Source of the DNA: a virus | Direction: 5' to 3' (one strand) | Virus record (IMG/VR): IMGVR_UViG_3300012313_000001 | DNA: 64,000 nt | Shown here: positions 29,136 to 40,010 of the stretch, in pieces | Numbering within the stretch: position 1 is the first letter of the stretch | How the letters are laid out: every line of letters begins with the position of its first letter | Made by a program: the position numbers and the translations under genes | The notes under the pieces: model-generated | Told to the model about the DNA's origin: nothing | The model's input: the letters and a program-made list of their open reading frames with translations, nothing else | The model's database searches: none

Positions 29136-29648
29136 TTAGACAGAGGTATGAATTCGGTATCTTCTGATAGCAAGCATCAGGGTCATCAGGAGGGTAGTAA
29201 CAAGAAGACCGATGCTGAGAGAGTAAGTCCACGGGTTGAGGGTTGTTGTGAACTTCTCCATGAGTCCAATGATGATGGCGGAGACGCCGCCGAAGATCGC
29301 AGTGTAGATAGCAAGTGTTTCCATCTGAAAGATATTGGTGATCTTCTTGAGTGTTCTGTGGTCTGTGGCGTCGTGCTCATCAGGTAATGTAGTAGTGTTG
29401 ACACTGATGATATGAACGCTAATGGCTGCAAGAGCACAGATCAGACAAGCAAGAGCGTTCAGTGTGCCATGAAGACCATCATTATTCTTGTTGATGTAGA
29501 GTGAGATCAGACTGATCAGAAAAGCAATCAATCCTGCTCCACCAAGTACTGTAAGGAAGATTTTGTTCAGTACAGGGATGTAATTGTTGGATTTCAGAAC
29601 AGCGTCTTTCCAGTATGCTCTTGATGGGTCGTTTTCATTGTTGATCAT
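29136..29648 (-). CDS. Four-TM protein, paralog of 31375-31920
   Basis: MxNxExxPxRxYW N-terminus and QxExxA motif shared. Confidence 0.75.
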   Translation of the reverse strand: MINNENDPSRAYWKDAVLKSNNYIPVLNKIFLTVLGGAGLIAFLISLISLYINKNNDGLHGTLNALACLICALAAISVHIISVNTTTLPDEHDATDHRTLKKITNIFQMETLAIYTAIFGGVSAIIIGLMEKFTTTLNPWTYSLSIGLLVTTLLMTLMLAIRRYRIHTSV

Positions 29649-29750
29649 TCAGATCATCCTTTTCTTCTTGTGATGTCAACATGTATTCTTGATTACGATA
29701 GCAAAGAGGTTGTCTATTGCTGTTTGACATTCTCGTGTTGAACATGATGA

Positions 29751-30533
29751 TCAGCCATTGTTGATCTCAGAGTATCCTTTGACTTGATAGGAGAGTTCTC
29801 TTATCGTTTGTGTTGTTTTCATGAACTTGAGTTCTTCTTCAGTACTGAACGTGGTAATGGTTGAAGATCGAAGAGTTCGATGTTTCTCTTCTTCTAATCT
29901 TTTATTCAACATCATATTGTTAATCTCTTCAATTTGATTGTTTGCTTCTTCAATACTCTTTTGGAAACTGCTGATTTTGTCATTGATCTCCTTGATGGTT
30001 GATTCAAGGGTCTCTCTTTTATGTTTAAGATTCTCATACTGAGCGATGGCGATTTCAGTACTCATTCCGTAATCATGAGGGATTTCAACGACTTTTTCTC
30101 CTTCTATCATGTAGTAGAATTCCTTGACTTTATCGCAGACATCAGGATCAATTTTGTGAAGGAGTTCAAGTTGATCTTTTGCCTGCCAGAAGGGTGGTAC
30201 ATCGTCTCTTGTCTTGTAGAGGTTGTTGTACATTTCTTTGCATTCAGAGTAGGCAGCGTTGATTTCTTCATCTGTGTAATCATTGCGGGCAGAAGTGGTG
30301 ACACGTTTGACACCCTTCTTGATCAGATAGATTCCATCTTCATTTTCTGTGATCGTGTTGTCCAGCAGTGACCATCGAGATTCTGCTTCATCAAGGTATT
30401 CCTGAAGGAATTCCAGTTCTTTTTCAGCATCGTGGACAGATGTGCGTAAGCCTTCTTGGATTCTGAGCATAGGATCAATGAGAGCCTGTTTACTCGTGCT
30501 GTCTTTTTTCATGCTCTTCGAGAAGAACATCAT
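29751..30533 (-). CDS. Coiled-coil protein
   Basis: Long heptad segments, GAAAGG RBS. Confidence 0.75.
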   Translation of the reverse strand: MMFFSKSMKKDSTSKQALIDPMLRIQEGLRTSVHDAEKELEFLQEYLDEAESRWSLLDNTITENEDGIYLIKKGVKRVTTSARNDYTDEEINAAYSECKEMYNNLYKTRDDVPPFWQAKDQLELLHKIDPDVCDKVKEFYYMIEGEKVVEIPHDYGMSTEIAIAQYENLKHKRETLESTIKEINDKISSFQKSIEEANNQIEEINNMMLNKRLEEEKHRTLRSSTITTFSTEEELKFMKTTQTIRELSYQVKGYSEINNG

Positions 30534-30617
30534 GTCCCTTTCTGTTATGCTTTATACTGATAGCGATGTTGTTGTTTTTCATGAGGTATGAGAAAACAAG
30601 TGATCAATTATTGCTGG

Positions 30618-31196
30618 TCAGTCCAATTCGTTGAGTGTTCTTGAGAACTTATCGCAAGCGCCTTGAATGTCGTCCTCTTCCATGATCACTTCTGTTACTT
30701 CTTCATTGAAGTATTTCTTATGGGTGAGAGTGTATTTTTTCTTTGTCTTGTCAGCACTCGTTTCTTCTGAGATCACGTTCTGTTCACAGAAAAACTCTAG
30801 GGAGAAATTGATTGCGGATAAGACCATAAACAAGAAGAGAAATACATTGACATGCATATGAAAAGGTTCGTTAAGTAGTAATAACAGAGAATCTAGAGAC
30901 AATTCGAGAGTATTGTTACCTTGAAGTTGTGGGATAAAAATTCTCGACATGAACGTTATAAAGTAGATAGGTGTTAAAAGTATTGTGGATAGGAAGAATG
31001 ATGAGATGGGAGTCGATAAAACTGATGAAATGAAACCTGTGCCTATCTTCTTGGTTGTTTTAGAAGATACTTGATGAAGCCATGGCTTAGGTCTAGTAAG
31101 CCTGTTAAACTCTTCTTTAGCTTCTTGAAATTTCATATCCATGCCTACAACGTGGGATATCCTCCTTTTTGTCAGGCTTTGATCGTAATTAGACAT
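30618..31196 (-). CDS. Membrane protein
   Basis: Two hydrophobic segments. Confidence 0.65.
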   Translation of the reverse strand: MSNYDQSLTKRRISHVVGMDMKFQEAKEEFNRLTRPKPWLHQVSSKTTKKIGTGFISSVLSTPISSFFLSTILLTPIYFITFMSRIFIPQLQGNNTLELSLDSLLLLLNEPFHMHVNVFLFLFMVLSAINFSLEFFCEQNVISEETSADKTKKKYTLTHKKYFNEEVTEVIMEEDDIQGACDKFSRTLNELD

Positions 31197-31374
31197 CTTG
31201 ATTCCTCTCAATCTTTTTTACGCTATCGAAGGCAGCGTCAATCAGTTCTCTGACGCGGGACATGTTTACCTTGTCATCTGGGATAGGGTCTGTGTTTGGC
31301 TCGTTAGTAATCATCATAGCAAGGAGTGTACCAGAATGCCTCATGCTCGTCAAGCATGAGGCATTCCGATAACG

Positions 31375-31920
31375 TCACACAACTGTTCTCAGAAGATCAT
31401 CGTGCTTTTCATTCAGGATCTTGTAGTGAGGGTAAGCGACGTATGCTCTGCCGATCAAGAGGATTCCCATAGCAATCATGGAGCACATGAAGCCAGAGCC
31501 AAGAACGTACCCAAAGGACTCAATGACAGGATTGACATTTTCCATGGATACCATGATCCCAAAGAACATTGTCATGATAATTCCTGTGATGAGAGTGCAT
31601 AAGGCAACTTTCTCCAATTGGAGCACAGAGTAGATAGAGGTTGCTTTAACACTTTGAGGCATGTATTCAGGGTCAGGAATTTTAGCATTGTTTGTACTTG
31701 CAATATAGATGATGTAGCCTATCATCCCAACACTGGCGCAAGTGAACAGGGGAATGTAAGCAGACATGTTTCCAGGTGCGAAGATCGCGGCCAGTGATCC
31801 GATAATGCCTGCAATGACAACGATCTGGTAGAAAAGGAAGTTGAGTGCAGGAGGGGTATTGGAGGCTGCCAAGTGGTGCCCCCAATATTCACGATGTGGG
31901 TTGTCTTCTGTGTTGAGCAT
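31375..31920 (-). CDS. Four-TM protein, paralog of 29136-29648
   Basis: Shared N-terminal motif. Confidence 0.75.
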   Translation of the reverse strand: MLNTEDNPHREYWGHHLAASNTPPALNFLFYQIVVIAGIIGSLAAIFAPGNMSAYIPLFTCASVGMIGYIIYIASTNNAKIPDPEYMPQSVKATSIYSVLQLEKVALCTLITGIIMTMFFGIMVSMENVNPVIESFGYVLGSGFMCSMIAMGILLIGRAYVAYPHYKILNEKHDDLLRTVV

Positions 31921-32002
31921 GGTGTTCTCTTTTCTGACGGGAATACGCGTGATAACCTATGCTACCACAACGTTGCGCTCATGGGTAGTGATGTGTGTCA
32001 CC

Positions 32003-33547
32003 TCATTTGGAGAATACCTTGTCAAAGAAAGCAAAAGTTTTCTCTTTGAGTTCTGGGTTGTCTTTGAATGGCTTGTAATCAAACTCATTGAACTTGTCTG
32101 GGTTCAGTAGTCTATTATTGATTCCAAGTCTTTCATGAGCGTACATTTCGAATGCTCTTGAGTGTACTTCTGTAGGGGTGGTGTAGTATTCCCTCTTTCC
32201 TTCGCCCATGCCGTCAGGCATTTTGAGAGCAGATGAGTATTCTTTGGTGACGCTGGTGAATTCATTGTTCAAAGATTGGTTATTCTTTACGGTCAAGTCA
32301 ATGTAGTGACCATACTCGTGGATGAAGGAACTTGAATCTCTGATGTCCACAGCGATGGTGTTCTTGTGAGGGAAGAAGACGCCTGTTGCCCTGTGTTTTC
32401 CAAGTTTCCTTAGTCTGAGTTCAGGCTTTCTGTCTTCAGCCATGGGTGGCAGTTTGTCCATGGTTTCAATGTATGATTGTTCGAAGTCTTTGTATTCTTC
32501 AGGGTCTACATCATTGTCGATTTCTACCTTTCTGAAGTGATTGTTCAGGACGGTTTCTTTCATCATCTTTTTTCTGGTTTCATCTGGGTTCTTCTTGTCC
32601 ATCCATGCTGTTGCCACGCTTCCAGAGTGTTCCTTGATGTATTTCTTCTGTAAGGTGAAGTTCTTTCCTTCTTGTTGAGAGTCTTGGAGGCTAGAGAGTG
32701 CTTCAAGGTTGGTGAATGATCTTTTGAAAGTGTCTTTTTCATGTATGATGTTGTTGACAAGATCAACACCAGTCTTCTTCTTGATTCTGCTTCCGCCTGC
32801 CATTGTTCTCAAGTCTGTTCGATAGAATGATGAATTGTAGCCTTCAGGCATGACTGATCCATATCTCATTCTGTATTGAGCGAAGTTTTGACCTTTGGCT
32901 GATGATCCTACGACTAGTTGTTTTCCGTTATGCCTCATTATCCATGCGCGGTTAGATTGAGACATGGATTTTGCTTGTCTTTCGTCTAGTTTAACTATGT
33001 CTTCTGCGCCAGCATCTTTGAAGATCTGTATTGCGTCTTCGTCGCTCATAGCGTTGTCAGAAGGTGCGGAAACAGTAGTCATCAATCGAGTGGGGAGATC
33101 ATTGGATGCTGTGCTATAATTGACAACTGTATCTATGATAAGTTTCTTTTCTGGGCCATCTGGGATTCTTTTGAAAAAATCTGGTGATTCCATCATTTTT
33201 GCGATTTCAGCAGACTTGGATATTCTTTCATTCTTTTTCTCATCAGCTGAAGCAAGTTGAGCATTGAAGAATCGTGTGGGGATTCCTTCAAAGTCAGCAT
33301 TGAACTTCTTTTCCTTTTCTTTGAACTCTGTCACGAAGGAGTATCGAACTTTCTTGGGCGTTTCCTTCTTCAGTGTAGCGTTGTCCCCATATTTGCTTTC
33401 ATTGATTTCTTCTGCCTTCTGTCGTGCTTCTTGTATAGTGTTTGCTGTGAAATGTTCTTCTTCGGAAGCACCAAGAGGACATGATTGTTGAGCACCGCAT
33501 TCTCTAGGGGTACCGTCTTTGCTGACGTGGTATTTCTTTACAGCCAT
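32003..33547 (-). CDS. Zincin-like metallopeptidase / LPD1-like protein with N-terminal Cys/His motif
   Basis: SFIHEYGHYID (HExxH); YYTTPTEVHSRAFEMY; N-terminal KYHVSKDG..C.A...CPLG....HF. Confidence 0.7.
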   Translation of the reverse strand: MAVKKYHVSKDGTPRECGAQQSCPLGASEEEHFTANTIQEARQKAEEINESKYGDNATLKKETPKKVRYSFVTEFKEKEKKFNADFEGIPTRFFNAQLASADEKKNERISKSAEIAKMMESPDFFKRIPDGPEKKLIIDTVVNYSTASNDLPTRLMTTVSAPSDNAMSDEDAIQIFKDAGAEDIVKLDERQAKSMSQSNRAWIMRHNGKQLVVGSSAKGQNFAQYRMRYGSVMPEGYNSSFYRTDLRTMAGGSRIKKKTGVDLVNNIIHEKDTFKRSFTNLEALSSLQDSQQEGKNFTLQKKYIKEHSGSVATAWMDKKNPDETRKKMMKETVLNNHFRKVEIDNDVDPEEYKDFEQSYIETMDKLPPMAEDRKPELRLRKLGKHRATGVFFPHKNTIAVDIRDSSSFIHEYGHYIDLTVKNNQSLNNEFTSVTKEYSSALKMPDGMGEGKREYYTTPTEVHSRAFEMYAHERLGINNRLLNPDKFNEFDYKPFKDNPELKEKTFAFFDKVFSK

Positions 33548-33681
33548 GTTCTCTTCTCCTGTTATGCGTCTTGATTTCATGATTGAAAATCATTGTTTCT
33601 ATGTCATCTTCTCTAAAGATTGTGAACTTTGTCTCCTGTGTTGATCGCGTTCTTGCTTTCAATCGTTGATCGTGTTACTCT

Positions 33682-34017
33682 GTGGTTATGAAGACATTGA
33701 AGAAGAGTGTGGTGTTTGCCCTTTGTGCTGCATCTGCCATCACAATGAGTGCGTGTTCCAACAAGCCTGAGAAGTTCAATGGGGTTGCTGAGATTGTTGA
33801 CAAGCATTATACACCTGCATACACACAGATGATCACTACGGCTAACAACATTCAGGTTCCTGTGTATCATGATCAGGAATACTACATTACAGTGTGCATT
33901 GATCCCAGTGATGATAAGTCATGTTGGTCAGAGAATGTCAACTCATCATTCTATAATGATGCTTATGAGGAGATGATTCTTGAATACACTAATGGTGATT
34001 TCAAGATCAAGAAGTGA
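33682..34017 (+). CDS. Putative lipoprotein
   Basis: Signal peptide ending in lipobox-like MSAC. Confidence 0.65.
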   Translation: MVMKTLKKSVVFALCAASAITMSACSNKPEKFNGVAEIVDKHYTPAYTQMITTANNIQVPVYHDQEYYITVCIDPSDDKSCWSENVNSSFYNDAYEEMILEYTNGDFKIKK

Positions 34018-34331
34018 TGACTGATCTCATGTCTTCTTTGTTCTCATGTTTCCATTGGCTCGTATGAATTCAGGGCACCGTTCTTGTAGAGTTCGACTTT
34101 GCAATTGTTGTTTTGTGGAATGTACAGGAGAAGTATAGGCACCATTCTCTTGTTACCATTTGCGTTGACATCGCAATCGTTGGCTACCATGTCTGCATAT
34201 TGAATTTCCTAGTGATAGAAGGAGAATGACTGCGGAGGTCAGTAGACAAGGTGGTAATCTTCATCTCTCATAGTTGAGTTTGATATCATAATGATTGAGT
34301 TTAGAGCAATCAGAGAGGCGTTGTCAGCAAA

Positions 34332-34526
34332 ATGGATACTTCAGTGATCACGTTGTGGTCTATCCTCCAAGTTCTCTTTCATGTTTTCTTGGTAGTTAAT
34401 TTTGTCAGCATGGTTGTTTCATTCATTTTGAGGAAGACTAACAGTGATTACACGTATATGTTAATGATAAACGTCATTCTTGCTGTTGTTTACATGGTGT
34501 GCGGTTTTGCTTTTGTGTGGCGATAA
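34332..34526 (+). CDS. Small two-TM protein
   Basis: Hydrophobic 64-aa ORF. Confidence 0.5.
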   Translation: MDTSVITLWSILQVLFHVFLVVNFVSMVVSFILRKTNSDYTYMLMINVILAVVYMVCGFAFVWR

Positions 34527-34892
34527 TTCTGATATTCATTGCGTTCGGTAGTGTCGTACACATCATTGCTTATAATGATATCTCCTGATTGTGCGTAGTC
34601 GCGTTGTTGCAAGTCGCAACAACGCGACTTTTTATTTTAGATCTATGTAGGTTCGATATGAAGTATGCATTGTCATCTTCATCGTGCTGAAGAATGGAGA
34701 TTTCAGTGGACTAAACCACTGAGGTTGCTGTTTGGTATCTATGTCCGTGATATTCCTCTTGTGGTCAACAAGGACTATCATTAAATAATTCAAGAATTCT
34801 TCTTAGAAAATATTTCATATACACCATAGTCAAAACTAATCAAAGGATTGCATTGTATCCAGAAAGAAAGGTGTCGAGGAAAGGGCGTTACT

Positions 34893-35540
34893 ATGACTAG
34901 AATGACAAAGGAAGACAGACAATTGATTATAGAGGAATCATGCTATTATTCGCATGATTTTCTTTTGAAATCAGGATGGGATGGGTCTGTTCCTATTGAT
35001 CTTTCTCCCTTGGTGAGATCTATTGGAATCCATGTTCATTATCAGGATCTCACTATTGATTTGAGGTCATCTTTGGTTAAAACGCCAGAGGGTATCATTG
35101 ACCTTGTTATTAACACGTCTTTGTCACCTGGTGCTAAAAGGCATTTCCTTGCTATGAATATTGCTCATGTGGTGGAACAAGAGGTTTTGTATGAGTCTCA
35201 GAAAAGAACGTACTCGTACATTCATTCTACCAGAGACAAGGACAACACTGCATCCAATATATTCGCCCATTACTTTGCAGTAGATATGTTGATCCCTACA
35301 GATGAATTCATTCAGTTTGATCTTGAGGGGTTGACAGATGCTCAGATGGCAAAGAAATTCGTGGTTACTGTTGAGGACATTGAACTCAAAAAAGAGATGG
35401 TCAAAATGCAAGAGGACGATCTTATTCAAGAGATCAGTGATCAGAAATTTGAAGATGACCATCCTATGCTGGGTAACCTTATCTGGTTCAGGTCCAAGAA
35501 GAGCAAAAAGCGAAATCATGATGACAACATTGTTTCCTGA
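34893..35540 (+). CDS. ImmA/IrrE-like protein with degenerate HExxH
   Basis: VPIDL..IGIHV..INTSLS..KRHFLAMNIAH..AHYFAVDMLIP..MAKKFVVT follows the family layout. Confidence 0.6.
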   Translation: MTRMTKEDRQLIIEESCYYSHDFLLKSGWDGSVPIDLSPLVRSIGIHVHYQDLTIDLRSSLVKTPEGIIDLVINTSLSPGAKRHFLAMNIAHVVEQEVLYESQKRTYSYIHSTRDKDNTASNIFAHYFAVDMLIPTDEFIQFDLEGLTDAQMAKKFVVTVEDIELKKEMVKMQEDDLIQEISDQKFEDDHPMLGNLIWFRSKKSKKRNHDDNIVS

Positions 35541-35607
35541 TGCATCTTTCAATCATCCGCAATCGGTATGATAACTTTGATAGATCTTTTTCAGGAAACA
35601 ACAAGTT

Positions 35608-35946
35608 GTGTTGAACAATTACACAGAAGAGGAATTAATGAGAACACTTGATAACGTGATGGAAGCATGGGCTAAAAGGCTGTTGAAGCATGAAGGCTAC
35701 GATCTCAACAATGATGACACGGTGACAATAGAAAGAAGGCAGGTCAAAGATTTACACGATAGAAGCAGGGTTGCTTATGAAGTCCTTGACATCTACGTTA
35801 ATGATGACCTTGAGATGATCTACAATGAGTCTGTGTATGACATTCTTGAAGACGTGGTGGAAATTGCACAAGAAGTAGACATTCAAGAAAGAAATAGATC
35901 ATTGATGAATTCTTCTTTTGGCAGACCATCTCACAGTAGACATTGA
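35608..35946 (+). CDS. Hypothetical protein
   Basis: ORF downstream and co-oriented. Confidence 0.6.
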   Translation: MLNNYTEEELMRTLDNVMEAWAKRLLKHEGYDLNNDDTVTIERRQVKDLHDRSRVAYEVLDIYVNDDLEMIYNESVYDILEDVVEIAQEVDIQERNRSLMNSSFGRPSHSRH

Positions 35947-36083
35947 TCAATGATGAGTGTACGTAATTACACGATGTGCAGGCGTAATTGCGTACACTCA
36001 TCATTCCAGAGGCTGCTCAATCACAATGTTTGAAACATTTCTGATTCTAAGTATATAATCACATCAAGAAGTGCGTGTTCTGA

Positions 36084-36548
36084 TCACTGAGATATTGGTG
36101 ACTTTGAAGAAAACATAGTAGACCCTGCTCCTGATGGGCGAGCATCTAAAGTCAGATCTTTTACGCTGAAGTATGGAGATCCCAATGACCTCTTCATCCT
36201 CTTCTTCTTTTTCTTGATGCTTTTGAGCAATGATAGGTCAAGTTCATCAGGAGATAACTGGTCTTCTGATGTACGCTTGGGTATCAGCATCACAGGCCCG
36301 AAGATCTTTTCTATTGATCCAGTATTATCAGTGATCTTCAAGTCAAGGTGTTTGACATTGACGTTTTCCTTATACAAGTTTCTGCTGTGATCATCATTAT
36401 CAATCAGAACAGAGAACTCTGCATGTAATGTGTTCAGTTCTATAGGTTTCATAAAAAGAGATGATATCTTGATGCTTTCATCATCGTATCCTTCGATCTC
36501 AACCAAGAACGGAGTAGCACAGGCGGGAATATAGATTGCTTTCCCCAT
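36084..36548 (-). CDS. Hypothetical protein
   Basis: AGGAGG RBS. Confidence 0.65.
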   Translation of the reverse strand: MGKAIYIPACATPFLVEIEGYDDESIKISSLFMKPIELNTLHAEFSVLIDNDDHSRNLYKENVNVKHLDLKITDNTGSIEKIFGPVMLIPKRTSEDQLSPDELDLSLLKSIKKKKKRMKRSLGSPYFSVKDLTLDARPSGAGSTMFSSKSPISQ

Positions 36549-36593
36549 GATTTTTCCTCCTATTTTTGGCCTCATTGTTTGCATTGATCAATA

Positions 36594-36830
36594 TCAACTG
36601 TCAGAAAAAACATATCTGGCAATGCTTCTCATGGTGTTCAAAGCGCACATGTTGATCAAGAGTTCCTTGGTCAAGGAAGGAAGTCTCTCCCAATCTCCAT
36701 CCCGGTAGAATTCATGAGCATGCATAGAGTTCTCAAACGTAAACTGTGCTATCTTGTTGAAATCTTTGATCTCAGTAGAGAGATTTCTCTGATCGAGAGA
36801 TGCTGCAATGGGGGAATTCGTCAGTACCAT
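36594..36830 (-). CDS. Hypothetical protein
   Basis: GAAAGG RBS, TTGACA..TAGATT promoter. Confidence 0.65.
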   Translation of the reverse strand: MVLTNSPIAASLDQRNLSTEIKDFNKIAQFTFENSMHAHEFYRDGDWERLPSLTKELLINMCALNTMRSIARYVFSDS

Positions 36831-37048
36831 AATGGTGCCTTTCTACGATTGTGTTGATTTTTGTACTTATCTGAATCTACATCATGGACTGCTGTGTGTC
36901 AACTTATGGTAGTTATCGTTTGCAGTGGTTTTTGGAGGAAGTCTCCTCTAGCCGATGATGGGAATAGGTTTCGAAAAAGAAAATCAGTTACAAGGAATAA
37001 GCCCTGTAACTGATTTCTGTGTTTCTCATCAGGATAGTGTTTGTGATT

Positions 37049-37291
37049 TTAGATTTCTCTGTTCCGCTCTGAAGGAGACAGGAGACGAGAGACCACTCTG
37101 GGAGTCATAAGAGATGTGATCACTGGGATGATGGCAAGGAAATCACCACTGTGTACACCGTGGGTTGGTGTGAGCGTGAGAATAACAGGTCCAATACGCC
37201 ATACAAAGACGATAGCAAGAGCGAGCAGGATTTGGGCCATCACTGCAATCGTTGAAATGGTAATGATCAGGGAGCGAGATTTCGTATGCAT
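37049..37291 (-). CDS. Small membrane protein
   Basis: Hydrophobic; GPVILTLTPTHGVHSGD. Confidence 0.55.
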   Translation of the reverse strand: MHTKSRSLIITISTIAVMAQILLALAIVFVWRIGPVILTLTPTHGVHSGDFLAIIPVITSLMTPRVVSRLLSPSERNREI

Positions 37292-37427
37292 GTGGTTAGT
37301 ATACCATGTCTTCAAAGATAAGTTAAGCACATTGATCAGATAATGCGTGGTTTTTTGATATATCAATTTATAATGAGAATTGTTCAACAAAAAGAATTTG
37401 TTATCTTATAGTGGAGTAGATTAAAAA

Positions 37428-37667
37428 ATGTTCGTTAAAGTGATGTTTAATAGTGGTATTGGTCGTGTTCTAAAGATTCACGATCACGAGGTAAACAGTG
37501 TAGTCGATCATATCACCAAGGCAATTCATGATAAACAGAGGATTGTTGATTTTCGTAAGTATGGGTTGTCTACTTATATTGGTGACTTGAATCAAGTGAA
37601 ATTGATTGAGGTTAAGGAATCATCGACAAAGAAACCGTTGAGTATCATAGAGATCATTCATTCTTGA
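37428..37667 (+). CDS. Hypothetical protein
   Basis: 79-codon ORF. Confidence 0.5.
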   Translation: MFVKVMFNSGIGRVLKIHDHEVNSVVDHITKAIHDKQRIVDFRKYGLSTYIGDLNQVKLIEVKESSTKKPLSIIEIIHS

Positions 37668-37711
37668 ACTCTATGATACTCAACGGTGTGGTTTTGTGTA
37701 CTGTGCGCTGA

Positions 37712-38065
37712 TCAGGAGTCAGCAGGAACAGGTTCAGGCACCACGTTGAATGGCTGTGTTGCGTTTGCAGAGGATGTGGACACGAAGGTGACCATAATCC
37801 TCTCCTTGCCTTCTACGAGCGCTACAAGGCGTGCCAGATGGGGCCTAGAGGTGTTCATGAATGTGATCTGTACGTCCTCGATAACGCCCTTGATGTTCTG
37901 GTAGTCCTGAATGCGCCAGCCATTGTTTGCTTCTACCTTGAGTGTCTCATGGTCCTTGAAGATGTTCAGAGAGAATTCCTTGTCATCATCGTTGCGGCCA
38001 AGGCTGATTCTATTGATCTGCTGACCAATCAGATTCTGATGAATCCACTCATTAATCATCGTCAT
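37712..38065 (-). CDS. Hypothetical protein
   Basis: Overlaps the upstream gene's stop; AGGA RBS. Confidence 0.65.
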   Translation of the reverse strand: MTMINEWIHQNLIGQQINRISLGRNDDDKEFSLNIFKDHETLKVEANNGWRIQDYQNIKGVIEDVQITFMNTSRPHLARLVALVEGKERIMVTFVSTSSANATQPFNVVPEPVPADS

Positions 38066-38567
38066 TTCCTACTTTTCCTCTCGTGATGAGGGAAGCATCG
38101 AAACCATGCTTCCTCAATGTAATGATACGATAAAAGTAAACTACCACAAGCGTGAGGCATGATGCAAGTACGTTTAGCCATGGTTCTGCAATACCATTGT
38201 AAATGGCAAAGGAGAATACAAAGGGAACGCAGAAGCATATGATGGCATTGAAGAGCATGCTTCCACAGCATTCGGAGAAGTATTTGACAGTTAAGGGAAG
38301 GATCAGATTCAAGTAGACAGTGGCGCAACACAGATGCATGAAAATCTGCAGGGGGATGAAGATAAGCCATGAATAGTCCTGAACGCTGAGTCCGTCTGAG
38401 AACAGTAAGAACCCTGATGTAATGAACGCTAAGACGCCGAATATGATGCTCCCATGAAAAGCAATCCGATTCATAGCGATGATGGTTTTCACATTTTCTT
38501 CATTAATGACGTAACCATGCTGATTGGATATGAGTGTGAATTTATGCCTTGGTTCAACATCGTGCAT
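38052..38567 (-). CDS. Multi-TM membrane protein
   Basis: Four hydrophobic segments, AAAGGTGG RBS. Confidence 0.65.
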   Translation of the reverse strand: MHDVEPRHKFTLISNQHGYVINEENVKTIIAMNRIAFHGSIIFGVLAFITSGFLLFSDGLSVQDYSWLIFIPLQIFMHLCCATVYLNLILPLTVKYFSECCGSMLFNAIICFCVPFVFSFAIYNGIAEPWLNVLASCLTLVVVYFYRIITLRKHGFDASLITRGKVGNDDD

Positions 38568-38701
38568 GGTTACACCACCTTTCTCATTGTATTGCAAGAG
38601 GAATCAGGGGATTCGATATCTTCCTGATAGATGATATCAAATCCCCTGATTCCATGAATGCTAAAACACTCGATTTGATGATGCTTTAGCGCTGTTAGTA
38701 G

Positions 38702-39694
38702 TCAGATGCCAATCGAGCGGATGATGTCCTCTGCACGCGCCTTGTCCATCCCAAAGATCACACCACCATTGGTGTAAGCATCAGTGATGAGCCTGTGAAC
38801 ATGCTTCCGAACGATCTTATCCCTTTTGAGAGTAGCGGAAATATCCTTGTCTGAAAGGATCAGGGAAACATGACGCGACAGGGGGAGGACGATATGGTGA
38901 GACTCCCCGCTCATGAACGCCTTGACAGAAGCAGAAGGAACAATCGGCATATGAACACGCTTGTGGGAGAACACCACGCCGTACTTGAAGGTAGCAGCAA
39001 CGTGATCAATGCTGTCAAAGATCGCTTCCAGCATACTGTGTGCATCACCATCAATTCGCTTCTTGTTGTAATCAGGGTTGCGAACAAAGTACTGAATGAT
39101 GGCGAACAGAGAAAGAGCAGCACCATTTCGGATGGACATGAGGGAATTATCTACTTCAGGGTTTCGGATATCCCGAAGAGAGATGTCGTAATCTGACTCA
39201 ATGTAGGAGAAAATCACCTCAATGATCTGGCTGTAATGAGGGGTCTCATGAATGAACTCATCGTGGATGATCCTCTGGTTGCACACGTACTCACCCCACT
39301 GGAAACTTCCGTTGAGAATCTCCACAGTGTGATGATGACGACGCGCGTTTTCAGAAGCGAACTTTGAGATCATGCAGAACGGCATCCAATGCTGACGCTT
39401 GACGAAAGGACGCTCATATGCATCCAGAAACCCCCGAACAAGGTAGTAGAAGAAGATCTTCACCACGTTCTTGTGATCAAAGCAGTCACGTGGACCATGA
39501 GGAGTCTTAGCCATGTAACGAGCAGAATTGATCACATGATCCTTAACAAGTACACGGAGTGATTCATCACCAGAGCACATTGCCGACAGATTGATCATTC
39601 TGTCAGCCACACTCCGGCCAAGGATATCAATATCCAGCGACTCTGCCATCCGATCCAGCTCAAAGTGGATCATGCTCCGCGTGTTGTTCTTCAT
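38702..39694 (-). CDS. Hypothetical protein, possibly DUF4238-like
   Basis: KRQHWMPFCMISKF resembles the family's HxxP motif; LPLSRHV near the C-terminus. Confidence 0.5.
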   Translation of the reverse strand: MKNNTRSMIHFELDRMAESLDIDILGRSVADRMINLSAMCSGDESLRVLVKDHVINSARYMAKTPHGPRDCFDHKNVVKIFFYYLVRGFLDAYERPFVKRQHWMPFCMISKFASENARRHHHTVEILNGSFQWGEYVCNQRIIHDEFIHETPHYSQIIEVIFSYIESDYDISLRDIRNPEVDNSLMSIRNGAALSLFAIIQYFVRNPDYNKKRIDGDAHSMLEAIFDSIDHVAATFKYGVVFSHKRVHMPIVPSASVKAFMSGESHHIVLPLSRHVSLILSDKDISATLKRDKIVRKHVHRLITDAYTNGGVIFGMDKARAEDIIRSIGI

Positions 39695-40010
39695 CTCCCT
39701 TTTCCTGACTTGTCAACGCTTGTCGTTGTTCTCAAGAGACAACATAGAGCATCTTGTCAGCAAAAGCAAATCCATTCCATCAAGCAATCGATCAGATTGC
39801 TGATCTCATCGAAGAAGTGTGCTGAATGAGGTGTGCATAAGAGGCATGAGAGAGTACTTTGAAGCAAAGAGTTGACTCGAATGAGTCTGTTAGTATTGAC
39901 ATCCTCTCCATGCTGAATCATGTAGCATCCTTGCCATGTTCGGTGATTTCAACTACCAAATAACTACTGCATTGTCCGATTCTTCTTTGCGAGTTGTTAT
40001 AGTTTGAAGA

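Noticed and set aside
36933..36950. RNase P RNA (GAGGAAGTC)
   Set aside because: Imperfect match to GAGGAAAGUCC, no partner 3' motif, and too little intergenic space
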